63,525 bases of DNA, filler included, from Lenisia limosa (GCA_001655205.1; 12 parts of 12 records of this genome joined end to end with filler, not necessarily neighbours in it), one strand, 5' to 3'; positions 49,382 to 62,675 are shown, counted from the whole stretch's first letter. Notes: generated by a model not told the origin, from the sequence alone. Made by a program: numbers and translations.

Positions 49382-52283
49382 ATGAACTCTCTTGGGAAAC
49401 CTGTTGCATTTGAGGTTTGTGGTCAATAAATTACTGCTTCATTTTTATCTTTCTTTTTTGGCGCCTTTGCCTCTTGCTTTGAGCATTTCATTTTGACTTT
49501 CTGTTGTTCATGAAAAAGGGATCAATTGAACTTTCTTCCTTCCATGGGAGATTAACTCCTCAGGTTCTGTATGAGCTTGATAAGCAGTTGGCAGGCAAAC
49601 ACTCGTTCTTCCCCACAAGCTTGACTGCTGGCCCTGGCCCAATTACATCTATAAAGCCATTTATCCCCCAGTGTCGCCTTGGAACTCATGGTGGGGGGCA
49701 CTATTGTCAAACGCTGAGGTGGTTGATACCGTTTTTCTACTCTTATGATGATTGACAGTAGACATATTCCAATGATACTTTTAAATCCATGTATTATTTC
49801 CATTTATCATTCCGACGCGAAAGTCAAATATATATATAATATATATATATATTGTACATATCGATCGATATAGCAATGAGAAATAAAAAATAAGGATGTG
49901 GCCGAAGTCGAATATATGCCATAGTTCTTTAACTCACCTTCCTAGGCCCCATTTTGGCGATGGACCACACTACAGATGGCAGCATGGTGGCTGCAGTCAC
50001 AGACCTCGGGCTTGTGTCTGTTTGGAAAACGTCAGACTGGAGTTTGATCTCTCAATTCACCCATGACGTGGTTTGAGGGGCTTGGTGCTGAGAGTTGGTT
50101 GTTTCGCTAATTATGGATGATGCGTAGAGCATAATAATATCCTTGTTGACCTTATAATCTCCAAGAAGTGGTGTTGACAATATATGTCAGATATTACATT
50201 TTGAGGTTTCGTACATGTCATAAAAGATAAAAAATATCAGGCAGCATATAGCTTCCTGTCAATTTGTGCCTCACTCTTTCAGGAGGGATTGGCTCTCTAC
50301 TTCAATTGTTGCCTCTTCCACCCCACTGACCCCAATATTCTTTTCGTTTCTGGGCGAACAGGAGATCGAAATGTCTGGGATAATGTTTCAGATGAAAATG
50401 TGGTAAGTTGGGGGATTATTGCATCCTATTGGAAATTCATAAGGTCATACGTACATATAGCTATATTATATGTAGGTATATAATGATATATTGTATATTA
50501 ATGGTATCCTTATGATATTTATTCATTTACATCTTCAGATGGTAGCGTCCTCAATTTATGCTTTTGACCTTACCAAACGCGTTCCGGTTTACGAATTTAA
50601 GGGCATCCATACCCTTGGTGTTAACTCCCTCAAAACTATCTTTTTTAGGGTGGGGGGGGGGTGAGTAAGGACAGGCACTCTGCATTGTANNNNNNNNNNN
50701 NNNNNNNNNNNNNNNNNNNNNNNNNNNNNNNNNNNNNNNNNNNNNNNNNNNNNGAAAACCCGCTTAAAGTTCAATCATTTTCATTTCTGTAACTCTTTAG
50801 GGTGAATGGTATTTAGTGAGTTGTGGGCAGGACGGCAAAATAATCAAATGGAGGCTCGATGATTTCGCTACTAGGGAGTAGGAAGTTGATTGCTCGGTTT
50901 AGCCTTCCGTTTTCATCTTTCTCGTTTTACTATTACCAGAACCGCTCAAGCGGCGCTGTTATCAGACCCTGGAATTAATATCGCTTATGGTATTGAAGTC
51001 CTTCCTTCGTGAGTGTGGTTTCTTGAACTGAGAAAAGTGCACAGGCGTGGTTTAACATATGATATATTAAACGATGCCTGAGGTGCTATTCATTATGGTA
51101 TGTGTGTAGTATATATTATTATTATTGTTTTTAAGTACGTCTCCTCATATCAGCAGAACAGGGAACCGCTATATTGCTGCTGCAACTGACTGCGATCTTA
51201 AAATCATTGACTTCGAGGATGAAGTGGTTTGCGCTGCCCTATCATATATAACTCATGCCACATTCACATTGTGTGAAAATATTGTCGAAGTTTTCTTATT
51301 TTTCTGAAGTTGCATTAGTCTACCGTCCTAGTTTCTCGTTTAACCTCTCTAGTTATTGGCATCATTTACAATGTTCACTCTTTTCTGTGATCAAGTAAGA
51401 GAAGGAACGTGGCTAATTGTTCATGAAAGAGATATTTCTTACATTTAGGTGATTGTTCTCCCTCCAAACGAGGCACAGCCTTTTGACTTTCTCCTTGCAT
51501 GCAAGGGTGTTGACATGAGCCAGCCGGACGACATCAATGAACCTTGTATGATAAATGCAATTCCAATTACTTTAATTATTATGGTGCAACTTGCTTTGAC
51601 CAAATATGTCCATTATTCTGTCTTTTAAATTTAACTGAATAGCTACATGGACAACAAAGGTTCGATTAGTTGACCTCAGCGTCCCCAAGTCCCCGACAGA
51701 GAAGTTCATTCCAACCGTTGTTCAGGAGCTTTCGCATGACGAGTGGGTCCTGCTAAACACTCGCAACTGGTCATTTTTGTTACTTATATTGCACTTTCCT
51801 CAGTTGAAAAGACAATTGGCTTTTGATTCTTTTTTGACTTCCCTTAGGTTCAAATCCTTCAAACCAGGAGTGAAGATGGCTGCAGATCGGGACACTCTTT
51901 TCACTCCCACCGATAGCGGACTTGTGGGTGAATGAAGGGTGTTGTCGTGTTTGTGGCACTGCAGGATCAAAATATGATTACTTTCTTCTTTTTACACTAC
52001 TTTAGGTGTTATGTTGGCCACGAAACCCCTCAGGCGAGACGTTGTCCCTCCAACACGCTGCTCATAGTTGGCAAAACTTGTTGATTGACTGCTTTCACGA
52101 AGCCTCTCTTGACTTGCTTAGATTCAGAATATTTATTTGTGCGGCAAGTGAGTACTTTAGGAGGAACATCAATTCTCACTTGTGGAGATGGTTAGCATGA
52201 GGTGACGACACATTTTCATGAAGGGTTTTGCTGTCTCTAATTCTCACCTTTCAGATGGCCAGATTACGGTATTCAAGCAGTAG
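49382..52283 (+). CDS. WD40-repeat protein
   Basis: ATG 49382. Exons include GPILAMDHTTDGSMVAAVTDLGLVSVWKTSDWSLISQFTHD, FNCCLFHPTDPNIL, YIAAATDCDLKIIDF and SILTCGD|GQITVFKQ* (TAG 52281-52283). Confidence 0.8.
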
Positions 52284-52467
52284 AGGAAAAGGGTTGTATT
52301 AGAAAGGTTATGGAGAATGTATATTATATCTCAGGTCACTACAGTTGTGTCTTCACATTGATTGTTAAGCATTACACTAGTATCCAAATACCCTGATATT
52401 ACTCTGGGAAAAGGCGGGGGTAGTAAACCAAGGGTTTCAGATCAAAAGAGAAACCAAATAAATAACT

Positions 52468-54180
52468 TTACATAATCATCGGGGCCTCCGCGTTGACTCC
52501 ATAAACAGCAACAAAATCAGAATAGCCCGAATTGATGATCACGTCGAGTTCTTTGGCTACACAGTTCGCCTGAAGGGTCAATCTTACCAAAGGGATAAAA
52601 AAATATATTTATTGAAGACAAGCAAGTAAAAAAATTGAAAAAAATTGAAAGAGGGTGCCTACATCGAAACCCTGTGAATGCACTCTTCGAGACTCAGGAA
52701 TTTCTAAACAATCAGTTCAATAATTATTTAAATAAATAAAAAACAGGAGCTCATAGAATTATGACGAAAAGGATGTATTAGACTTTGATCCGCAGTCCTA
52801 TTGTAAACCCTGACGGCCAGTCATACCATGCTTTATAATATCATATCCATTACAAAAGTTCTTTTACGAATATGGTAACCACCCCACCATGCGTGGCGAT
52901 GTCATAAAATTGATCACCATCTTTGGAGTACTTCATCGTCACAGATCGCGCTGAAATAGTGAACTGAAGAACAATCCAACAAAAATGGATCATCACATTC
53001 AAATAAAAAAAGGATGATTATCTTTATAGACTCGAATCGGGTGAAAAAATAGTCCAGCTAACCTCCAATTGTCTTCAAAACCACTGTTTTGAGCTGAACT
53101 TCTGTCTCAAATCTGAGGAGGAGGGGGGTAAACGAAGGAAATTTTAATATCGAATATTTGGTACTAATCACGAAGCGAACTCCAAATATATATATATATA
53201 TATATANNNNNNNNNNAATCTGGACAAGCCCGAGCCAAGATAACACAAAGGAACAGTTACGAACCAGTGAGAGTGAGGGGAGGGGGGATAGCAGAAAGGG
53301 TGAAGGAAGGGAACAGAAGAGAAGATACGGGGGGCGAAGGGGGGCGAAGGAGNNNNNNNNNNNNNNNNNNNNNNNNNNNNNNNNNNNNNNNNNNNNNNNN
53401 NNNNNNNNNNNNNNNNNNNNNNNNNNNNNNNNNNNNNNNNNNNNNNNNNNNNNNNNNNNNNNNNNNNNNNNNNNNNNNNNNNNNNNNNNNNNNCATAAAA
53501 AACAAAAACAACACATAATATAGCTGAGCTGAGTTTTTGAGAATTAAGGGTTTGAAACTAAAAATTGGTGTTTCACTTTATTGGTGCAAGTATAAAAGTC
53601 CAATCTAAGCATAGATTCTATAATTCTGTTCAGCACAGTATTATAAACAAAGAAGTAGTCTGTCAGCTACAGTCAGCGATATTCGAGAAAGCACAAAGCG
53701 CCATACATTATACTGTCAAACTCCAGCTGAATTTCTGGAAGCAACTAGAGTGATAACCCCACACACCTTAGGATGAAATGATGGGGAAGAAGACCTGTTG
53801 TGACCCAATATGTCGAGTCCTTTCTAAAAAATCCAATAATTAAGTATCATGAGAAAGAAAAAAAAAAAAAAAAAANNNNNNNNNNNNNNNNNNNNNNNNN
53901 NNNNNNNNNNNNNNNNNNNNNNNNNNNNNNNNNNNNNNNNNNNNNNNNNNNNNNNNNNNNNNNNNNNNNNNNNNNNNNNNNNNNNNNNNAGCTTATAGAA
54001 GACAATATAAGGCGGAGACCTAAGTCAGGGACAAGAAGAAAATTAAAAAGCAGATGCCTTTTCAAAAAGCACTCATCCCTCCACGAACCCATCAATGATG
54101 CACTCTGGAGTATGCTCGCCACAAGAACAAGAGGCAAAGGCAACCAAGGTGCCAGCAGAACTCAGGGCTACGTTTGACAT
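52468..54180 (-). CDS. IFT25: Intraflagellar transport protein 25 (HSPB11)
   Basis: Six exons splice in phase: MSNVALSSAGTLVAFASCSCGEHTPECIIDG|KDSTYWVTTGLLPHHFIL|RFETEVQLKTVVLKTIG|ARSVTMKYSKDGDQFYDIATH|EIPESRRVHSQGFD|ANCVAKELDVIINSGYSDFVAVYGVNAEAPMIM*. This is collinear with recalled IFT25 (PPENIIDG..TFW.TTGMFPQEF). Confidence 0.88.
53113..53178 (-). repeat. Module F: ~65-bp splice-site-abutting repeat (representative at the IFT25 acceptor)
   Basis: Consensus TCGTGATTAGTACC...ATATTC..CATCGAAATTTCCTTCGTTTAC(C)n. Sense copies lie at or near acceptors (53113, 34710, 35590, 56772, 26220, 63445). Antisense copies start at donors (17243, 47657). Confidence 0.78.
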
Positions 54181-54584
54181 CTCCTCTCCGAAATAATTTG
54201 TTGGATGTGAAACAGCTTTAGAACTTCAGCAGGAACTTCACCCAATGGTTAATTCAGATGGAAGAGAGGGCCACACTATATACTTCACAGAGGGACGAAC
54301 ACCTTGTGTGGGTGGTGGTGTTGGTGTGTGAAGAGGAATGAGAGGATGCAAGATTGATNNNNNNNNNNNNNNNNNNNNNNNNNNNNNNNNNNNNNNNNNN
54401 NNNNNNNNNNNNNNNNNNNNNNNNNNNNNNNNNNNNNNNNNNNNNNNNNNNNNNNNNNNNNNNNNNNNNNNNNNNNNNNNNNNNNNNNNNNNNNNNNNNN
54501 NNNNNNNNNNNNNNNNNNNNNNNNNNNNNNNNNNNNNNNNNNNNNNNNNNNNNNNNNNNNNNNNNNNNNNNNNNNNNNNNNNNN

Positions 54585-57500
54585 AAATAGAGGACAAAAG
54601 ATCTACAGCAGCAAGAAGGGCTTCCGCAATGGTAATCACTAGCACAGAAGTCTCGTTTTGAACAACTCCAGACACAACCTAACAGATTAATGATGTTGAA
54701 ATATAAGTGTATTAATCATGGTCAACATTTTTAAAACAGACCCAGCAAAAGCGGGGGGGGGGGGGGGGNNNNNNNNNNNNNNNNNNNNNNNNNNNNNNNN
54801 NNNNNNNNNNNNNNNNNNNNNNNNNNNNNNNNNNNNNNNNNNNNNNNNNNNNNNNNNNNNNNNNNNNNNNNNNNNNNNNNNNNNNNNNNNNNNNNNNNNN
54901 NNNNNNNNNNNNNNNNNNNNNNNNNNNNNNTGCTGCTGGAAGAGAGATGTCAAGAGCTTCAGGAGATTGACACGGACAAGTGGAACGGGGTGGTTGAGGC
55001 TAGGGGGTGAGGTGAGGCAAGAAAGAAGGCGAAGTAACTGAATTAGTTAACAGACCGAGAAAGTAAGCTTGAGAAGAGTTCGGATTCGGAGAAGTGTACG
55101 TTGATTTTCTTAGATAGAGTAGCAATCAGCAAAACGCTCTCAATCAGTCCCTCCACTGCTTTGGCCTGTTGGGTAAGCATTCGTCACTCAGGAATGAGGT
55201 ATTGTTTCCTATGGTAGCATCCACAGCTTCACAAGATAGAAGCAACCCAGTATCATTAAAGTAAACCTGAAGCATTGTATTAGATGCCACACTAAGCCCC
55301 TCAAACACCAGCCTTGACAAAGCACGAGATGACCGAAGGAACGAAGTTCTTTTGGAGGAGAAGAGTCTCAATTTTCTTCATATCAGTTGCCATCCTGAGA
55401 TGTGAGGTGTTAATGTATCAATATTCAAAGAGGTTAGGGTATTGATAACAGCAAGCAGGACATAATCATAAATGAAGTAATATAAATAGTAAAACGGAGT
55501 CCATTGTAATACCAGTCTAATTTCGATATTTATTGAGGATATGAAGAAAAAGCCAATTGTTTTTTGTATAAAAAAATACCCAAAGAAGACCCCTACCATT
55601 TGGCAATCGCATCCAGGGAAATAGCCTGCCAATAAGGGTCATCTAAGAGGGACACCAAAACTTCAACTCCTCCTGTTGGGTAAGCAGTAACAACATATTC
55701 AGGCAAATTGTCAGATTGCTTCCCCCCTCCCCCCACCAGAAGACCAGAGAAGGCTTCTTGTTTTCTTGTTTGCGTGGACAAGGTCACATAACATCGGGGC
55801 AGCGAAGGGCTAAAGAGTGATGGTGTGAAGAAGCCAGCGGAGTCGTATACGTCAATAGGCTTATCATTTGGAGTAACCGAATATACACAATTACATTCAC
55901 TTATCAAAACACCGCATTTTCCCTAACCTTGAGAGAGGCCGATTTTGTGTTCTTAATCAGGGCCGGGATGATGCCGCTTTTGGCAGCAACATACTGCCGG
56001 GACTTTGAGTATCTGCAGAGGTTGAAGAGAGACGCCTGGGAGTTGATCTCAATTCCTTGGTTCGACTGGGGGGGGGGGGNNNNNNNNNNNNNNNNNNNNN
56101 NNNNNNNNNNNNNNNNNNNNNNNNNNNNNNNNNNNNNNNNNNNNNNNNNNNNNNNNNNNNNNNNNNNNNNNNNNNNNNNNNNNNNNNNNNNNNNNNNNNN
56201 NNNAAAATTGGAAAATCTGAGAAAAAAAATAATAATACATGTACATATCATATATCATATAGTATAGTATATCATATATTATATAATTATGTATAGCTAT
56301 ATTAAATATCATATGTATAATATATATAATATATCGATATATGATACTAATTATATATGTATATGGTGCAAAGGTATCGAGGGGGTAATGGGAATTTGAA
56401 TCTCTGTACTATTCGGTTTTGAGGCACGAAGCAAAGAAAGTGGGGAAGGGAAGGGGAAAGCCTCACAGTGGAGTTCGTAGGGTTTTCAAGGTAGCCGATG
56501 AGCGTCGGTATGGCCTCAGCAGCCTCAAAAGCAGACAACGTGGAGGGGTCTGAGGACAGCGTTTTCAGAGAGCGCAGAAGAGACGTTTGTTGGGCACTGG
56601 AGACGCTGGACAAGCTTGCAAGGAGTACTGCGGGGGGGAGGGGGGAGTAAAATGGGAAAATTGAAACAAAAAAAAACTCCAAATCAACTCTGTTGGCTGA
56701 TACACAAGGGTTGATAACAACAAAACAAACTTTGCCCAGGCCAGCACCGCTTCCCATCACTCCAGTGTACGTAAAAGAAAAGAAACTTCGATGAAGAGTA
56801 TTGGCGTAAAGGTATAATCACGAACCGAATAATCAAGGATTTTGATGAAACCCAGGAGTAAGGTTGAAAGCAAGAGTTATATTTCCAATTGTTGATCCTC
56901 ATCTTCCCTAAGCCCACAGGAGAGAGAGTCAGCGTGGGCAAAAGCGGCACGTACGTCAGAGTCGGCATTGGAGAAGATGCTCACAAGGTCCACAACGTTC
57001 TCGGTGTACTGTTTAGACGGCAGTGTAGGGTCAATGACAACGCGGGAGAGGACGGCAGAGAGGGCCGTTACAAATCCCTCGCGGACAAAAAGACGGCAGT
57101 AATCCGTTTTGGTGGCAATGGACCGAAGCTCGAAGACCGCCCAAATCGCATCAATGGCCATGAGAACCTGGAGTGTCAATTGTGCTCAGAGGCATTGCTC
57201 TGAGTTTTAAACGAATGAAATGAGAGATAAATTATTTTGATTCTTGTTCATCATAAACCTAAGATACGCGTTTTCTAGATAGCCGAAATAATATCATCAT
57301 CCACCGCCAACAAGATCTCGAGAGTCGTCGTAGCTGGACTTGAGGAACTTGACCAGAATGGGCAATCTAAGGTGTCACACCGAGATATCAAGGGTCCAAA
57401 GGTGATAATTTCGTCTTTTTTATGACATGAACCACAAAAACAAAGTATTGCATTGTGATTATTTGGGAGTATAACGTTCATTCCTCCATCCCACCCCTTT

Positions 57501-57650
57501 GCAGCAATGAACATTTGGAGAGTCAAGGGTGACGTCTGGCACATCTGCAGGAGGAAGTAGGCGGCTTCAAGCTGAATCGAAAGCGGCCACTCAGAGGTAC
57601 CGAAACGCATGACCGCCGGAATGCCACCGAGGAGGCAGAGAGTCTCAACA
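54585..57650 (-). CDS. C-terminal ARM-repeat region of a Cdc7/SepH/MAP3K-epsilon (Cdc15-related) kinase; kinase domain not in the window
   Basis: Exons [81 protein letters not shown] and [10 protein letters not shown] parallel recalled MAP3K-epsilon segments ([23 protein letters not shown]; ALFNLCKINKRRQEQAAENGIIP; LSLLDDEYWSVIALDSI). Confidence 0.82.
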
Positions 57651-57975
57651 NNNNNNNNNNNNNNNNNNNNNNNNNNNNNNNNNNNNNNNNNNNNTTAATT
57701 AATTAANNNNNNNNNNNNNNNNNNNNNNNNNNNNNNNNNNNNNNNNNNNNTATATTATATATCATATATAATATAGTATACATATAGTAGATATAATAGA
57801 TATAATATTATATATATATATATATATATTAGCGGTCTTTTAGGGACCAGAGGGAAGCCTTCGTTGCTTGCTCTGGATCTCATAATATTTTTGGAATCAT
57901 TTGACGACATTATTTGTTTTCCGCAATACTTCCTTCTTTACAACAAACCTTAGTGCTAATCATTCACCTTCTTAG

Positions 57976-59480
57976 GCGGTTCAGTCATATTCAACGCAAG
58001 AACAAAAGAGTTCAACCTGTTCCAGACAGAGTTCAAGAAGGGTGTCATTGTAGCCGATCTTCAAAATCAGTATTCCTTGAAGCATGGCTACGTTTTTACA
58101 TATCTTTCATGTTGGCTAAACCCGTTATTGGAGCACAAACTGTTAATATTTGAACTAAATTCCTTTTACGGATCTCAATCAGGGTTTATTGAAACCCAAG
58201 CTGTTTATATTACTTGAAAAACTACAAAACATCTGATGATTTTTTTTATTCCAACGTTTTTGCTTGGCTTCATGTTCTAAAAGACATGTAAAATATCGAT
58301 ATTTCTCGATAATGTATCGAGGATTCAGTAATTTGTGGAACATAAGTGAAGCTCTAATTTTCAGCAATTCCGCTTATATTGGTTTCTTGGAGCTTCTAGC
58401 AGTAACTAAATTTCTGGGTGTATCGTATATTCTTGATCGACTTTCGAGTCGAAATGATGAACGAAGATAACACGAGGGAGGGTTCATCCTGAGTATCAGA
58501 CTATCATTGAGACGTGTCAGTCAATTATCATACGAGTGGATATGAGGTACCATATCTCTGCGTGGAAAAAGATAGTTCACGCGTGTCTGAGTGCAACATC
58601 GTTTTCCTGTCACCCCCATTAATTTCCTTCTTTTATCACACTTTTTTTTGCTATTATTGTTTATTTTTTTGTTGTATTCGTTTTTGATATTCCCCCAGTG
58701 CTCAACCAATATGGCATGTACACCCACGGAAAGTGGATCGATGGCATCAGTCTCAGCAGCTACATTTCAGGCTTCGTTGCCTCGGAAAATATGATAGCCT
58801 TTCATCTCAGTAGGGGCGGAAGAGGATAAAATTGAAACATTTATGAAACAATAAAGGCCACAATCAACTCTGGGGAAAACCTTATTTCGTGCTATTGTCC
58901 ACGCAACCTTTGTTATTTCTACAATATTATGTTCTTCTGAATTTAAAACTTTTTTTAGATCACCGCTCACTCCCTGCAGACAATGACCCTCCTACGTTCC
59001 CCTCTGGCGTTTCAGTGGAATGCTACCCCTTCATTGAAGTTAATACCGTATCCCTCTTCATTATCAAATTAAACGGGGTAGGAGCTTTTTCAATTTTACT
59101 CTTCTGCCATAGGTAGGGCTTCACTTCGTTTCGAAAAAAGACCGAATTTATCGATAATTTTTAGAAAACTATCAATATTTTACCGGTCTTTTGCTGATTA
59201 AAGTGAAGCCCAAGAGGAAGGGTTTGGGGGGAGGGTGCTGAGAGTGATATTTACTCCGTTATGATTATATCTTCTCCAAAGAGAATTTTGGTAGGAGGTA
59301 TGAGATGCTTCTTGTTGTTATCATTCATATCTAGGGCTTCACTTCGGTTCGAAAAAAAACAGAATTTCTCGATAAATCCTCGAAAACTATTGATATTTTA
59401 TTGGTCATTTTCGAACCGAAGTGAAGCCCTATTTATCCTTATGAGGACCAAGGGGGTGGACCATATTGGTCCGGGGTACC
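57976..59480 (+). CDS. Hypothetical protein fragment
   Basis: GT-AG exons GSVIFNARTKEFNLFQTEFKKGVIVADLQN, LNQYGMYTHGKWIDGISLSSYISGFVASENMIAFHL and NDPPTFPSGVSVECYPFIEVNT, all on their own contig. Confidence 0.4.
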
Positions 59481-59669
59481 AGTATTCATATCATTTCGAA
59501 AAAAAAGTTATATTTTGTTATAAATGAGAATTATATAGCTCATATGATCTAGTTTACCATTTACTTGGTNNNNNNNNNNNNNNNNNNNNNNNNNNNNNNN
59601 NNNNNNNNNNNNNTTAATTAATTAANNNNNNNNNNNNNNNNNNNNNNNNNNNNNNNNNNNNNNNNNNNN

Positions 59670-62324
59670 ACCACGCAACCCCGAGGACGAGGGCTTCTTT
59701 GTCGGCACTCCGGGCCGAATTTCAGACTCCAATCTCCGCAGACTCGAATACCGCTGTATGTTCCAGAAGTCTGATCCCGTCATACCAAGGGCGGTCGAGG
59801 TGGGGGGATATACGATTTGCCTTGGGAAATCATAGCAAATCGGTCAAGACTTTTCCCGGTCACTAATTAACACATTTTTTACCCGCGGTAATTTCAGCTT
59901 ATTCAATCTATTATCAATATAATGCACAGAGTTGTATGGCAAAAGATTGGGTGTTAGATATTACTATAATCCAATATCTCTAATAAGCTTGATGGTGTGG
60001 CGGCTTCGGTCAGACACAACCTTGTTTTTTATTTCTCATTGCTATAATTATATACATACAATATATATTATCAATATAATGCTACAGAGCTCAGAGTCCC
60101 CGTTGGCAGTCGAACATACTCCGATAGTCAGAAAGGAAAGGTCCAGGCCTAAGGGTGGGGCTAAGGACGGTCAGGGCGAGGAGAAGAGCGAGAGGGAGGA
60201 AGAGAAAGAAGAGAAAGAGGTAGATAACGAAGAAGAAAAAGAAGAGAAAGAAGTAGATAACGAAGAAGAAGAAAAAGAAGAGAAAGAGGTAGATAAAGAA
60301 GAAGAGGATAAAGAAGAGAAAGAGGATAAAGAAGAGGATAAAGAAAACAAGGGAGAAAACAAAGAAGAAAACAAGGAAGAATCATCAACCAGACGAAGAA
60401 GACGGCGGCGGACTGCTCGCGATGAAGACTCTGCTCCTGAGGTTTGTATTACTTCTCCCTGTGTTGACTTTGATGACACATTTGTTTAAATAAGTACAAT
60501 CATCCAGATTTTCTCCCTCCCTCCCTCTCTCTCCCTCCCTCTCTCTTCCTCTCTCTCCCTCTCATTGATATTGCATTCTAGTTCTAGAAACCTTACTTAC
60601 TATATGATATACTATATGTCATGTATACTTTGTAAAATATTTATAGCTATATGGTACCTTACTTACTATATGATATACAGTGACCGGGATAAGTCTTGAC
60701 GGATTTGCTCTGGGATTTCGGAAAATAGGTCAAGGCTTTTCCAGGTCTCTGTATGCATCATATCAATTTTGTATACGATACACACGTACACACTATCTAT
60801 CTCTCCTATGTATCCCACAAAACACAGACTTGACTGCTGACCATATGCCACAGAATTGACTTGACCATTTAGTCTGAGACCAGGCCTGAAGAAGAGCAGG
60901 CCGAATCTGCACCAGGCCCGGCACCCGTATCGGAGGAAAGCTCAGGTGGGGGGTCAGTTTACCAAACTAATATGAAAAGAGTTCAATGTTTAGTTCCAGA
61001 GTTGTTTTTTTGTTTTTTTTTGTTTCAGAAGTCACCTCTACCCTCCAGATAGATTTTTTTTTAACAAGAGAAATAATAGACATTAGAAATCCAGGGGAAC
61101 AAATACCCCTCCTCACCCTTCAGATGAAGACTCGCACCGTCCTCTCAACCAGTCCTTCGCACCACCTTCTGCTGAACCGTTTGCGGGTCTTCCTTCAGTA
61201 TCTAGTGCGAACGCGGTAGATGGCTTCGGACAAAACTCCTTTTTCAATTCTCTTTTCGATGATATATTTTACCCCCCACAGGTCTGCAGCAACCACCGGT
61301 GTACTTAACCTCTTCCCTGAACCAGCCTACCCCAAACGAGTTGAATTGTCCGACCAGGACCGGCAAGAGAACCTCAGGTGGGCGGGGGTGGGGGGGTCTT
61401 TGACTTTTTATTAGGGCTAGTGCAATTAATTGTTTGAGGAAATAAATTGAAAAAATTTGAAATAAAGTGTCTAAAATGGAGTTCGCATGACAGTATGTCT
61501 TACTCAAATTTTGCAATTATTGTTCCATACTTTTAATCTTTTTGTGATTTTCCTGAGATTTACAATCAAACGTTGAAATCTCCTAAGGAAGTGTTTTCAC
61601 TGATGACTTACACATTAGCAAGTCTTTCAACTGACTACCTTATTAGGGAGTATTTCACTGACTCACACCATATTAGCTAGTCTTTCAACTGACGTACCTT
61701 ACCATATTAGGAAGTATTTCAACTGACTTACCTTATTAGGAAGTGGTTCGGTTCTGATGGCAGGTTCCGTAGCCGCTTCAACTTCCACGGTCCGGTCTAC
61801 ATCCGACCCCCCAGACAGTCACAAATGTCCCAGGTCAGGGGGACAGGCGTGGAGTAGAATACACGGTCTTTCTGGATCGCTCCGATTGCCCTCTCTTCCT
61901 TCCACCAATAACACCCACAGCGTAAACGCTTGGCAGTTCCTATCAAGCCCTGGATGTCAACCTCTGGTCAAACAGATAGTCGTGTCAGGTGGGTGGGGTA
62001 TTAGATGCGCCATTTTATTAGTGCTGTTATGACCTTTATTAGTGCTGTTATGATCTTTATTAGTGCTGTTATGACCTTTATTAGTGCTGTTATGACCTTT
62101 ATTAGTGCTGTTATGACCTTTATTAGTGCTTTTATGACCTTTATTAGCGCTGTTATGACCTTTATTAGCGCTGTTATGACCTTTATTAGCGCTGTTATGA
62201 CCTTTATTAGTGTTGCTATGACCTTTCAGGTACCGTTTGGATGTGAACCTCTCATCCATCATGTTCACGGATCACCCCCTCATGATCGACGAGGAAGCTA
62301 AAGCTATGGAAATTATGGTGGAGC
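59670..62324 (+). CDS. Hypothetical protein with internal acidic tract (partial)
   Basis: Exons PRNPEDEGFF...PRAVE, a Glu/Lys-rich exon (~60088-60440), FRSRFNFHGPVYIRPP (from 61764), RKRLAVPIKPWMSTSG and YRLDVNLSSIMFTDHPLMIDEE (from 62230). Confidence 0.5.
61588..61745 (+). repeat. Degenerate 28-34-bp tandem repeat (about 5 units)
   Basis: Units resemble GAAGTATTTCAACTGACTTACCTTATTAG and end just upstream of the acceptor at 61762-61763. Confidence 0.8.
62015..62225 (+). repeat. 21-bp minisatellite (about 10 units) filling most of an intron
   Basis: Unit TTATTAGTGCTGTTATGACCT. It lies between the donor at 61989 and the acceptor at 62228-62229. Confidence 0.95.
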
Positions 62325-62675
62325 NNNNNNNNNNNNNNNNNNNNNNNNNNNNNNNNNNNNNNNNNNNNTTAATTAATTAANNNNNNNNNNNNNNNNNNNN
62401 NNNNNNNNNNNNNNNNNNNNNNNNCTTTTCTCTCATCAAATGAATAAAATATCATTTCTTGTCATCTCATGTCAATATAGCGCTTATTCAATCTCAGATG
62501 AGTTGAAATCCAACCTAAAGGTTATATAGATAGGCGGAGTAGGAGATAGTAAAGGAGGGAGGGGGCCGCATGCAGAGGCCAGTATATTAGTGATTCTCAA
62601 TTATGGGAATAAAACGTATTTAATCCGCCTCCTGTTTCCAAATGTGTATATCTTCACCCCCCCCCCCCTTTGCAG

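Noticed and set aside
58975-59048. Cadherin repeat (NDPPTF)
   Set aside because: It is a single short match with no other cadherin motifs in the adjacent exons.
62005-62301. MTFISAV-repeat and KGHNSTN-repeat ORFs, or a CRISPR array
   Set aside because: This is a 21-bp minisatellite with no unique spacers, lying inside a GT-AG intron.
61764-62324. SMP lipid-transfer domain
   Set aside because: The SMP-like reading (LSGSLRL...WQFLSSP) is not in phase with the flanking exons. The in-phase acceptor near 61920 gives a different peptide.
17121-62380. TTAATTAATTAA recurring 11 times as a biological motif
   Set aside because: It is always centred in a 100-nt N spacer, so it is an assembly linker.
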